DNA of 59,013 nucleotides from an uncultured Clostridia bacterium. GTDB taxonomy: Bacteria; Bacillota; Clostridia; Christensenellales; UBA1242. Made by a program: the position numbers and the translations under genes. Position 1 is the stretch's first letter, and each line of letters starts with the position of its first letter. Shown here piece after piece: positions 9,180 through 18,114 of this stretch. A model generated the notes under the pieces. It did no database searches and was not told the DNA's origin. It saw only the letters and a list, made by a program, of their open reading frames with translations. The DNA is taken from positions 1 through 59,013 of the forward strand of contig CALWKI010000025.1 in NCBI GenBank assembly GCA_944381235.1. Direction: 5' to 3'.

Positions 9180-9258
9180 CCAAATTAGTTTGAGCCAACA
9201 AAAAACTCCTAAATTTTGGTTATACCAAACTTTAGAAGTCTTAATCTTAATAATTTAT

Positions 9259-10419
9259 TTATAACTTTATGTTTAAAATTTCGACACCTTGAGCTGCTTC
9301 TTTTATTAGACGTTCTCTATCAAGCAACTGTTCATTTTTTTCAACTCTTTCAAGTTTTGGATGTGTAACTGGTTTTTTTGGTAAAAAAACACTGCAACAA
9401 TCTTCATATGGAAGAATTGATGTTTCATAAGTGCCAATTTTTTCGGCAATTTTTGATATTTCAACTTTATCAAAACCAATAAGAGGTCTAAACACAACTA
9501 AATCTTTTGCCATTTTGTTTGTAGAGGTTATTCCCTCAACAGTTTGACTTGCAACTTGTGCTAGGTTTTCTCCAGTTATTAAAGAATTGCAAGCATTTGA
9601 CTTTGCGACACGCTCTGCTATATCCATCATAAACCTTCTAACAATGGTCACCATATATTCATCATCACATTTTTTGTGAATTTCTTCTTGTATTTTTGTA
9701 AAAGGAACAATATAAAGTTTTATGTCTCCTGTGTAATTTTTTATAATATTTGCTAGGTCAATAACCTTTTGCTTTGCTTGCTCGCTGGTATATGGGTAAC
9801 TATAAAAATGTATTGCACTTATTTTTAACCCTCTTTTTGCCATTAAAAAACCTGCAACTGGACTATCAATTCCGCCACTAAGTAAAAGCATTGATTCGCC
9901 CGCTGTTCCTACTGGCATACCTCCTAGGCTCTCAATTTTATCAAAGTAAATATATGTCTTATTATTTTGTCTAATTTCAACATTGACAACTTGTTTAGGA
10001 TTGTGAACGTCAACAGACACACCCTTATTGTTTTCAAGTAACATATGTCCTAATTCTCGAGAGAGTTCAGGCGACTTTACAGGAAATTTTTTATCCGCTC
10101 TATTAACCTCAACTTTAAAGGTATCTTTAACAATTTTAATGTTTTTTATAAGAGAATAAATATTCTCAAGAGAAGTATCAATTTCACTAGCCACACTAAT
10201 TGATACAATTCCAAAGACACATTTAAGATTTTTTATTATCTCGTCTTTATCAGCTTCATTAAAATCACTAACTATAAATCTTCCGTCAGTCCTAATGAGA
10301 TTAAGTTTAAATTTACTAAGCCTCCATGAAATATTTTTAAAAAGCGTATTTTCAAAATAAAAATAATTTTTCCCTTTTAAAAAAATCTCTCCAAATCTAA
10401 TTAGTATTACTTCTTTCAT
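9259..10419 (-). CDS. thiI: tRNA 4-thiouridine synthase ThiI (THUMP plus PP-loop ATPase)
   Basis: PP-loop LLSGGIDSPVA, THUMP-like N-terminus, 386 aa, and pairing with an upstream cysteine desulfurase as in Bacillus. Confidence 0.9.
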   Translation of the reverse strand: MKEVILIRFGEIFLKGKNYFYFENTLFKNISWRLSKFKLNLIRTDGRFIVSDFNEADKDEIIKNLKCVFGIVSISVASEIDTSLENIYSLIKNIKIVKDTFKVEVNRADKKFPVKSPELSRELGHMLLENNKGVSVDVHNPKQVVNVEIRQNNKTYIYFDKIESLGGMPVGTAGESMLLLSGGIDSPVAGFLMAKRGLKISAIHFYSYPYTSEQAKQKVIDLANIIKNYTGDIKLYIVPFTKIQEEIHKKCDDEYMVTIVRRFMMDIAERVAKSNACNSLITGENLAQVASQTVEGITSTNKMAKDLVVFRPLIGFDKVEISKIAEKIGTYETSILPYEDCCSVFLPKKPVTHPKLERVEKNEQLLDRERLIKEAAQGVEILNIKL

Positions 10420-10430
10420 TTTTCCCTCTT

Positions 10431-11561
10431 TTAAGCGTTAACATTTGTAAAATAATTTTGCAATTCTTTAACTAATTTGTCAATCTCATCTTTTGTATTT
10501 TTGGCACAAAAACTAATTCGAATTGACCCTAAAATTTGCCTTTGTGTATATTTCATATTTTCAAGAACTCTATTTCCAACTTTACTTGATGAACAAGCTG
10601 AACCCGTACCTACAAGTATGTTTTTTGAGTCTAAATACCTCATTATTGTTTCTCCCCTATTCCCTTCAAAAATAAGACTCACAATATAAGGAGAGCAGTT
10701 ACTATCAGACGCAACTATGACATTACTTTTTAAACTCTTCAACTTTTCAGTTAAATAATTTTTTAAATCTAAAACTTTTAAATAGTTCTCATCCTTATTT
10801 TTAAAAGATATTTCTATCGCTCGAGTTAAAGCGCAAATTGCTGGATAATTAACTGTTCCTGACCTAAGGTTAAACTCTTGCCCTCCACCGTAATTTATAT
10901 TTTTAAGGCGTGTTCCTTTTGATATATAAAGAGCCCCAACACCTTTTAAACCGTGAATTTTATGTCCAGAAATTGAAAGTAAATTGATTTTGCATTTTTT
11001 TACATTTATTTTGATTTTACAAAACCCTTGCACTGCATCCACATGAAACACGCAATTTTCTGTTTTTTTATCAATAATCTCTCTTATTTTTTCAAGATTG
11101 TTTATCGCGCCAGTCTCATTGTTTACACTCATAAGAGAAACAAAACAAACATCCTTGTCACACTTTCTTTCCAAATCGTCATAATCAATCTGCCCGTTTT
11201 TTTGAAGAGAAATGAACTCGACATTATATCCTCTATTTTTTAGTTCCATCGCAGAATTGTAAATTGCAGGATGCTCACCAACTGAAAACAAATATTTTTT
11301 GTGCTTGTTAAAACACGTACCAAATACTGCTAAATTATCCGATTCAGTTGCTCCAGAAGTAAAAATAACATTATCTAATTCTTTATCTCCACCTAAATAC
11401 TCAATTATTTGTTTTCTATAACCATTTATTTCTTTAAACAAATTAAATGAAGGAAGATAACTTGCACTTGGATTATAAAATTTATTTAAGGACGCCTCAA
11501 AAAAAGTATCCACGACCTCTTTGTATGGTTGAGTTGTCGCCGCATTATCAAAATAAATCAT
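10431..11561 (-). CDS. Cysteine desulfurase (NifS/IscS class V aminotransferase), partner of ThiI
   Basis: PLP-lysine context SISGHKIHG, active-site Cys loop GSACSS, 376 aa, located immediately upstream of thiI. Confidence 0.85.
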   Translation of the reverse strand: MIYFDNAATTQPYKEVVDTFFEASLNKFYNPSASYLPSFNLFKEINGYRKQIIEYLGGDKELDNVIFTSGATESDNLAVFGTCFNKHKKYLFSVGEHPAIYNSAMELKNRGYNVEFISLQKNGQIDYDDLERKCDKDVCFVSLMSVNNETGAINNLEKIREIIDKKTENCVFHVDAVQGFCKIKINVKKCKINLLSISGHKIHGLKGVGALYISKGTRLKNINYGGGQEFNLRSGTVNYPAICALTRAIEISFKNKDENYLKVLDLKNYLTEKLKSLKSNVIVASDSNCSPYIVSLIFEGNRGETIMRYLDSKNILVGTGSACSSSKVGNRVLENMKYTQRQILGSIRISFCAKNTKDEIDKLVKELQNYFTNVNA

Positions 11562-11606
11562 ATTTTTACCTCCTTTTTTTGCCTAAAATTGTGCCAAAAC
11601 AAAATA

Positions 11607-13976
11607 TTAAAGTTTTAGTTCAATACTATTTTCTTTAAATTTATTGATAACGCTTGTATGGAACTTTTCAATATCGTCATTAGTTAAGGTTCTATCCATT
11701 GACGTCACTTCATAGTGCAAGGTATAACTCTTAGTACCATCTTTATTATCAAATATATCTAGTAATGACACGTTAAAAGTCAGTTTTGTTTTGATATTTT
11801 TTGCAAGTCCTATAATGTCTTTATAAAGATAATTTTGAGGTATAATAAAGTTAAAATCAAGTTTTTTTACTGGTAATTTACTAATTTTTTCAAACTTAGT
11901 CTCTTTTTCAGAAATTGAAGTTAACATAGAAAAATTAATTTCAAAACCAACAATACTACACCCCTCTTCAACTAAATCACAAGTTGTAGGGTGAATCATA
12001 AACACGTCACCTACATCCACACCATTTGCAAAAATTTTATAGTAATTTTTTGGGTGATAATAAGAAACACTTGGCTTTTCTAAATTTAAAGTTAGTTCTA
12101 GTTTAATTATGTAATTAAATAAGTAATCTAGAATTTCTTTTATTTTTAGTAAATCTTTTTGCGTGTCAAGTTTTTTATTATATAACAAAACGCCCAAACT
12201 TTTTGTTTCGTGAACGAGACCGTCTTCTCTTAAACTTTTTACAACTCTACCAATTTCAAATGTTCCAAATTCGTTATAATAACTCTTATTTTCTTGAATA
12301 ACCTTTAAAAGACTAGGAATAATTGTGCTTCTAATCTTGCTATTTTCCTTACTAATTGAGTTTATACAACTAATTACACTTGTTGGATTTAATTTTAGCG
12401 TATTGTTTGTATTTACATCATACCAAATGTAAGAATGTGTTTCATTTAAGTTAAACCTATCTGCTAGTGAATATTTAACATCATATTCAAGCGTTATATT
12501 TCTATCTAACTTTACAGGCTTGATTATTTGACTAATAGATTTTGGTGTAATGTTATCATAACCATATATCCTTGTTATTTCTTCAACAAGGTCTGCTTTG
12601 CCATTTATGTCTTTTGTCGCCCTAAAGGAAGGAACTTCAAACTTATATGTGCCCGATTTATTATATAACAGTTTAAATTCAAGGCTAGTTAAAATGTTTA
12701 TTATCCTTTCTTCAGAAATTTCTATGCCGACGTATCTATCAATAAAATCTTTTTTAATTTCAATTTCTAATTTTGGATATTTTTTATTATAAGTATCACA
12801 AATTTGCGAAGAAATTACTGCCCCATTATCATATTCTTTAACAAGTTTAACATACCTAAGTAACGCAATTTTTGTAAGTTCTGGATCAAGAGACTTTTCA
12901 TACCTACTGCTCGCCTCTGTCCTTAGTCCCAATGAAATAGCGGTTGTCCTTACTTTATAAGAATCAAAATTTGCTGATTCAATTAGAACGCTAGTTGTAT
13001 TATCCGTTATTTCACTATCTTCACCACCCATAATACCAGCAATAGCAACAGGTGTATCATTTGTCGCAATTACCATATTCCCCTTTTGTAAGTTTCTTTT
13101 AACACCATCTAACGTCTTAAATTCTAAGTCGTTTTTTAAATTATAAACCTCAATCTTTTTGACAATATCACCGTCAAAAGCGTGCATTGGTTGACCAAGT
13201 TCTAGCATAATGTAATTTGTTATATCCGCCAAAAAGTTTATACCTCTCATACCACAGTAATAAAGTCTAATTTGCATATTAAGTGGAGACCTCTTCCTTG
13301 TAATATTCTTCATACAAGCAGTTGTATATCTATAGCAATCTTCACTCTTAACGCTTAAATTTATTTTGTCTTTATTATCAAAGTTTTTTTCGTCTTCAAC
13401 ACTAAGTGGTTTAAGTTTTCTACCCGTTAAAGAAGCGATTTCCCTTGCAATACCATAATGCCCCCAAAGGTCTGGTCTGTTTGTTAAAGACTTATTGTCA
13501 ATCTCAAAAACTATGTCTTCTATGTCGAGTACTTCTTTAATATCTTGTCCAACGCGTGCACTATCATCCAGTTCTACAATACCACTATGGTCATCTGAAA
13601 TACCAATTTCGTCCCCACCACAACACATACCAAAACTTTCAACACCGGCAAGTTTTGCCTTACCAATTTTGACATCCCCTAGCCTTGCCCCAATTTTTGC
13701 AAGAGGGGTCTTTAGCCCTACCCTAACATTAGGTGCGCCACAAACTATTTGTAATATATCTGAACCAATGTCAACTTGAAGCAAGTGAAGTTTTTTACTA
13801 TTTGGTACATCCTCGACACTCTTTATTTCACCAACTACCACATTACTTATATTCTTTCCTTTATATTCAATGCCTTCAACTTCCGCCACCCCCATGGTAA
13901 ACTTATAAATTAAATCTTCAATGTTAATGCCATTTAAATCAACAAAATCTTTTATCCAATTAATAGAAACTTTCAT
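11607..13976 (-). CDS. pheT: Phenylalanine-tRNA ligase beta subunit
   Basis: 789 aa with an N-terminal tRNA-binding (OB) domain, then B3/4, B5 and C-terminal anticodon-binding-like domains. It directly follows pheS. Confidence 0.95.
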   Translation of the reverse strand: MKVSINWIKDFVDLNGINIEDLIYKFTMGVAEVEGIEYKGKNISNVVVGEIKSVEDVPNSKKLHLLQVDIGSDILQIVCGAPNVRVGLKTPLAKIGARLGDVKIGKAKLAGVESFGMCCGGDEIGISDDHSGIVELDDSARVGQDIKEVLDIEDIVFEIDNKSLTNRPDLWGHYGIAREIASLTGRKLKPLSVEDEKNFDNKDKINLSVKSEDCYRYTTACMKNITRKRSPLNMQIRLYYCGMRGINFLADITNYIMLELGQPMHAFDGDIVKKIEVYNLKNDLEFKTLDGVKRNLQKGNMVIATNDTPVAIAGIMGGEDSEITDNTTSVLIESANFDSYKVRTTAISLGLRTEASSRYEKSLDPELTKIALLRYVKLVKEYDNGAVISSQICDTYNKKYPKLEIEIKKDFIDRYVGIEISEERIINILTSLEFKLLYNKSGTYKFEVPSFRATKDINGKADLVEEITRIYGYDNITPKSISQIIKPVKLDRNITLEYDVKYSLADRFNLNETHSYIWYDVNTNNTLKLNPTSVISCINSISKENSKIRSTIIPSLLKVIQENKSYYNEFGTFEIGRVVKSLREDGLVHETKSLGVLLYNKKLDTQKDLLKIKEILDYLFNYIIKLELTLNLEKPSVSYYHPKNYYKIFANGVDVGDVFMIHPTTCDLVEEGCSIVGFEINFSMLTSISEKETKFEKISKLPVKKLDFNFIIPQNYLYKDIIGLAKNIKTKLTFNVSLLDIFDNKDGTKSYTLHYEVTSMDRTLTNDDIEKFHTSVINKFKENSIELKL

Positions 13977-13992
13977 TTTTCTTCTCCTATAC

Positions 13993-15018
13993 CTACTTAA
14001 TCTTTGCTTGAGACAATGCCTTTATATTTCCGCTATTGAGAAGCCTTATCTCAGTAATGTCGTAATTCATCATAGCAAGCCTTGAAAACCCGAGCCCAAA
14101 AGCAAAACCTTGATATTTTTCAGGGTCTATACCACCCATTTTTAGTACGTTAGGATGAATCATCCCGCAAGGACATAATTCTATCCAACCGCTATGCTTA
14201 CATACCTTACACCCCTTCCCGTCACAATAAGGACAAGATATGTCAAGTTCAAACCCAGGCTCAACAAATGGGAAGAAGCCTGGTCTAAGCCTTACATTTA
14301 TTTCTTTACCAAAAACGTTTGTGAGCATTTCTTTCATAAAATAAATTAAATTCGCTACTGACACATCTTTATCGATCATCATTCCTTCTATTTGAAAAAA
14401 GGTATTCTCGTGACTAGCATCTAATTCCTCATTTCTAAAGCATCTACCTGGGAAAATTGCCTTTAGTGGAGCCCCATACTTTCTCATTATTCGATTTTGA
14501 GCGGCTGAGGTGTGCGTTTTTAGTACTTGTCCATTTTCAAGATAAAATGTGTCTTGCATATCCCTTGCTGGATGATTTTTTGGTATGTTTACTGCTTCAA
14601 AATTGTTGTACTCGGTTTCTATCTCGTTCCCGTCCTCTACAGTAAATCCCATACTTAAGAAGATATCAATTAATTTTTCTTGTAAAATGGTTATTGGATG
14701 TAAACTTCCACGCCTTTCTCTTGAAGGTACTGTTAAATCAACAAACTGAGTTGACTCAATTTGTTTTTCTATTTTTAGCCTTTCAAAATCTTTTTCCCTA
14801 TTTTTGATTAGCATAAAAATCTCATTTTTAATTCTATTTATCTCCATACCAAATGTCTTTTTTTCGTCTTGCGACAACTCTTTCATATGCTTTAACTCTT
14901 GGGTCACAATTCCATCTTTTCCAAGATACTTTTGGTATACATTATTTAAACTTTGCTTTTCATTTGCGTTGTCTATCTCGTTTTTTGCATTTAACAAAAT
15001 GTTATCTAGTTTTTCCAT
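13993..15018 (-). CDS. pheS: Phenylalanine-tRNA ligase alpha subunit
   Basis: Class II aaRS motifs (HPARDMQDTFY, FPGRCFRNE, GFAFGLGFSRLAMM). Length 341 aa. Confidence 0.95.
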   Translation of the reverse strand: MEKLDNILLNAKNEIDNANEKQSLNNVYQKYLGKDGIVTQELKHMKELSQDEKKTFGMEINRIKNEIFMLIKNREKDFERLKIEKQIESTQFVDLTVPSRERRGSLHPITILQEKLIDIFLSMGFTVEDGNEIETEYNNFEAVNIPKNHPARDMQDTFYLENGQVLKTHTSAAQNRIMRKYGAPLKAIFPGRCFRNEELDASHENTFFQIEGMMIDKDVSVANLIYFMKEMLTNVFGKEINVRLRPGFFPFVEPGFELDISCPYCDGKGCKVCKHSGWIELCPCGMIHPNVLKMGGIDPEKYQGFAFGLGFSRLAMMNYDITEIRLLNSGNIKALSQAKIK

Positions 15019-15053
15019 TTTCTTTTTCCCTTTTTAAATATTTATTTCTTAAA

Positions 15054-15355
15054 ATAAAAAAACCCTAAGTAATTCCTTAGGGCGAAAGACATACTTTTTC
15101 CGCTGTACCACCTAAATTTAGTTATATTAATAACTCTCATTAATGCTATTACGGGCAACCCCGTCTTTTCCTACTAGATTTTTATAAACCATTCAGAAAA
15201 GAGGCTAGAAAGTGAATTCGCTCTATTTCAATCATTAAACTTTTTTCAGCACGACCTTTTTAAAAGAAAGGCGAAAGTTTTCTCTGTAATGAAAGTGACA
15301 AAAAAATAGTCTCTAGAGTTACTGGTCTTTCATTATCGCTTTTTATCTTAAGAAT
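15054..15355 (-). promoter_or_regulatory. T-box riboswitch leader (Phe) with intrinsic terminator upstream of pheS
   Basis: Minus strand contains the T-box sequence AAATTTAGGTGGTACAGCGG (15118-15100). This is followed by terminator CCCTAAGGAATTACTTAGGG plus a T-run (15082-15054). A candidate specifier lies in AACTTTCGCC (UUC), and stem I elements (AGTA, AGAGA) lie near 15280-15330. Confidence 0.8.
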
Positions 15356-15362
15356 ACATCTT

Positions 15363-15390
15363 ATTTTAACAAAAAAAAACCTTTTGTCAA
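15363..15390 (-). promoter_or_regulatory. Candidate sigma-A promoter for the pheST T-box leader
   Basis: Minus strand: TTGACA (15390-15385), 16-nt spacer, TAAAAT (15368-15363). Confidence 0.5.
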
Positions 15391-15391
15391 C

Positions 15392-16081
15392 CTATTTAAT
15401 AAGGTCATTTAAAGAAGTTATATTTAGATATGTACTTGGGACCTTACCAACTATTAAAAACTCAGAAATTAGATATTCCACCTTTGAACTTATTTTTTTC
15501 ATTTGAAACGGAAGAATTAAACTCGCCTCACATTCAATAACCGCATATATCTTATGTGAAGTCTGGTTTATTCCAGCCGACTTAAAACTTGTGTTAAATG
15601 TACACTTTACCCTCCCCATTGGATTTACTGCAAAGTTTACATCACTCCCTTTTCCAATTAAAAATGAAATGCCACTTAGTGTCCCTAGAGGAATATTTAT
15701 TCCGAGTCTCGTTTCACTATCTATTTCATTTTGAGTTGTCGTAACAAGATTATTTGTAAGCGAGTTTATTTCGCTAGCACTACAAATGATTGACGAAATA
15801 GAATTATCACTTGCATAGTCTATTTGTATTAAATTCTCGTAACTTATGCTGTTATTATTTAAAATCGCATTATTACTTGCCGTCACAAGCATTTTTTCAA
15901 CTTCCGCCTCACCATAGTATAGAATAAGTGGATTTGCAATTTTATTAAAATATAAAAATATCAAAAAAAACAACAAAAATAAGACAAGAAAAATCGCAAA
16001 AAGTTTTTTACGATTTCTTTTTTTCTTACTCATTTTAAATTTTGATAAAACATACTCGGATTCTATTTCATCACAATTCAC
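15392..16081 (-). CDS. yunB: Sporulation protein YunB
   Basis: A basic N-terminus plus single TM, and a central block INIPLGTLSGISFLIGKG...ILPF resembling B. subtilis YunB (INIPLGQVTGNSLLGNLG...IIPF, from memory). GTG start in the track; the internal Met (MSKKKRN, nt 16033) is an alternative. Confidence 0.7.
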   Translation of the reverse strand: MNCDEIESEYVLSKFKMSKKKRNRKKLFAIFLVLFLLFFLIFLYFNKIANPLILYYGEAEVEKMLVTASNNAILNNNSISYENLIQIDYASDNSISSIICSASEINSLTNNLVTTTQNEIDSETRLGINIPLGTLSGISFLIGKGSDVNFAVNPMGRVKCTFNTSFKSAGINQTSHKIYAVIECEASLILPFQMKKISSKVEYLISEFLIVGKVPSTYLNITSLNDLIK

Positions 16082-16123
16082 ATAAAATATATATTACTTA
16101 TTTCTACAAAATATTACAAAAAA

Positions 16124-16495
16124 CTAAGATTTTTTACTTCTCGCTCTAAATATCAATGCAAATATATACCCAAAACCAACCGCTGCTGCAATTCCAGCCG
16201 CTGTTGCAGTAAGACCTCCGGTAAAAATACCTAGAATACCATCCTCCTTTACTGCTTCCATTGCACCTCTTGCAAGACTTGCCCCAAAACCAATAATTGG
16301 CACAGTAATACCTGATTTGGCGAAATTCTTGATAGGTTCAAAAAGCATAACCGCCTGCAAAAATACGCCTATAAGTTCAAATAAAACTAAAATTCTTGCC
16401 GACGTCATACGCGTTCTAATTATTAATATTTGCGCAAGTAAGCATATTGTCCCACCCACAACAAAAACTATTAAATATTGTAAAACCATATTCAT
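16124..16495 (-). CDS. spoVAE: Stage V sporulation protein AE (SpoVAEb-type small membrane protein)
   Basis: 123 aa, four hydrophobic helices, and position after spoVAD in the tricistronic spoVAC-AD-AE arrangement typical of clostridia. Confidence 0.8.
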   Translation of the reverse strand: MNMVLQYLIVFVVGGTICLLAQILIIRTRMTSARILVLFELIGVFLQAVMLFEPIKNFAKSGITVPIIGFGASLARGAMEAVKEDGILGIFTGGLTATAAGIAAAVGFGYIFALIFRARSKKS

Positions 16496-16516
16496 TTTGT
16501 TTATCCCCTATTTTTA

Positions 16517-17527
16517 CTATTTTCCTTTTTCAACAATCACTGCGTGTGCAATCCCTGGAATAGACTCCCCTTGTTGTGTTGAAGTCGTACTAACAAGCGC
16601 ACCCGTTGACATTAAAATAACTTTTTTGTAGTCGCCTTTATCAAGTTTGCTTAAAATGTAAGAATTAATAACGCTTGCACTGCAGCCGCAACCACTTCCG
16701 CCCATAAATCTTTTTTGGCTATTACTAAAAATCATTTGCCCACAGTCACAGTAATTTTCACTAACCTTGTAGCCAGAGTGTTCTAATAAGTCAACAAGTA
16801 TTTCAGAACCAAGTTTTCCTAAATCGCCTGTTACAATTAAATCATAGTCACTTGGAGTTGTATTCGTATCCTTAAACAAGTTTTTTAAAGTGTCACACGC
16901 GGCAGGTGCCATAGCAGCACCCATATTGTTCATATCCTTTATTCCATAATCAATTACCTTGCCAAAAGTAACATGTGTTATATTGTGCCCAGTACCTTCT
17001 CTTGAAACGATTGAGCATCCTGCTCCTGTCACTGTCCATTGTGCCGTGGGTGGTCTTTGACACCCAAGTTCAAGCGGAAATCTAAATTGTCTTTCAGCAG
17101 TACTAAAATGGCTACAAGTTGCACACGCGACATTATTTGCACACCCTCCGTCAATTAAACACGCGCCTACAGCTAAACTTTCTGTCATAGTTGAACACGC
17201 CCCAAACATTCCTATAAAAGAAGTTTGTAATTGACGGGCTGAAAAAGATGCAGAAATAATCTGATTGAGCAAATCTCCACTTAGTAAAATATCAATATCA
17301 GTTGAAAGCAAATTTGCCTTATCTATTGCCCCGCTAATTGCTTGCTCTAACATTTTTCTTTCTGCCCGTTCATACGTCTTTTCATTGAATGTGTCATTTT
17401 TTAGAATATAGTCAAAATAACTCGCAAGAGGGCTTTGCCCTTCTTTTGGACCCACTATTGAATAACCACTTATAAGTTTTGGTGGTAAAGTAAATTTAAT
17501 TGTATTTTCTCCAACTTTTTTTATCAT
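16517..17527 (-). CDS. spoVAD: Stage V sporulation protein AD (thiolase-fold DPA-binding protein)
   Basis: 336 aa with a thiolase-like pattern (FGACSTMTESL, GGSGCGCSA). It overlaps spoVAC by 4 nt. Confidence 0.9.
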   Translation of the reverse strand: MIKKVGENTIKFTLPPKLISGYSIVGPKEGQSPLASYFDYILKNDTFNEKTYERAERKMLEQAISGAIDKANLLSTDIDILLSGDLLNQIISASFSARQLQTSFIGMFGACSTMTESLAVGACLIDGGCANNVACATCSHFSTAERQFRFPLELGCQRPPTAQWTVTGAGCSIVSREGTGHNITHVTFGKVIDYGIKDMNNMGAAMAPAACDTLKNLFKDTNTTPSDYDLIVTGDLGKLGSEILVDLLEHSGYKVSENYCDCGQMIFSNSQKRFMGGSGCGCSASVINSYILSKLDKGDYKKVILMSTGALVSTTSTQQGESIPGIAHAVIVEKGK

Positions 17528-17979
17528 AATAACCCCACTATATAATAAATTAAACCAACTAACATACTTGATACTATTCCTGTGACAATAACTGGCCCCG
17601 CGACACTAAACATTTTAACGCATAAACCAAAAATTAAACCTTCGTTTTTAAATTCGACAGCAGGACTTGCAATAGAGTTTGAAAACCCTGTTATAGGAAC
17701 AATAGATCCAGCCCCCGCAAAAGACCCAATTCTATCATACACGCCAATTCCGGTTAAAAATGATGCAAGAAAAATTAAGATAATTAGTGTGTACGCTTGT
17801 ACATCATCTTTTGAAAGACTTGGGAAAATTGCCGCAATGCTGTCAAATATTCCTTGTCCAATACAGCAAATTAATCCTCCAACTAAAAACGCCCAAAGAA
17901 GTGACGGGAAAAACTTAGTTTTTGGAAGTCTTCCCTCTACAAATTTTGAATAAGCAATGTTTATTTTGTTTTTATCCAT
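17524..17979 (-). CDS. spoVAC: Stage V sporulation protein AC
   Basis: 151 aa with four TM segments. The conserved-looking stretch GAGSIVPITGFSNSIASPAVEFKNEG is typical of SpoVAC. RBS GAGGT 8 nt upstream. Confidence 0.9.
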   Translation of the reverse strand: MDKNKINIAYSKFVEGRLPKTKFFPSLLWAFLVGGLICCIGQGIFDSIAAIFPSLSKDDVQAYTLIILIFLASFLTGIGVYDRIGSFAGAGSIVPITGFSNSIASPAVEFKNEGLIFGLCVKMFSVAGPVIVTGIVSSMLVGLIYYIVGLL

Positions 17980-18114
17980 AATTTTCTACCTCAATTTTAG
18001 TTAAATATTTACAAATAAAAAAATTTAATTCAAAAAAGTTTAAAAATTTATAAATATTTTTTCTTTTTTTAAACACACTAAAACCAAATAAAACAATTTT
18101 TTTAGGGGGAAAAT

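Noticed and set aside
17980-18114. Sigma-G or sigma-F forespore promoter upstream of spoVAC
   Set aside because: I could not find a convincing GHATR-17/18-CATxxTA arrangement in the 135-bp divergent region, so no promoter is called.
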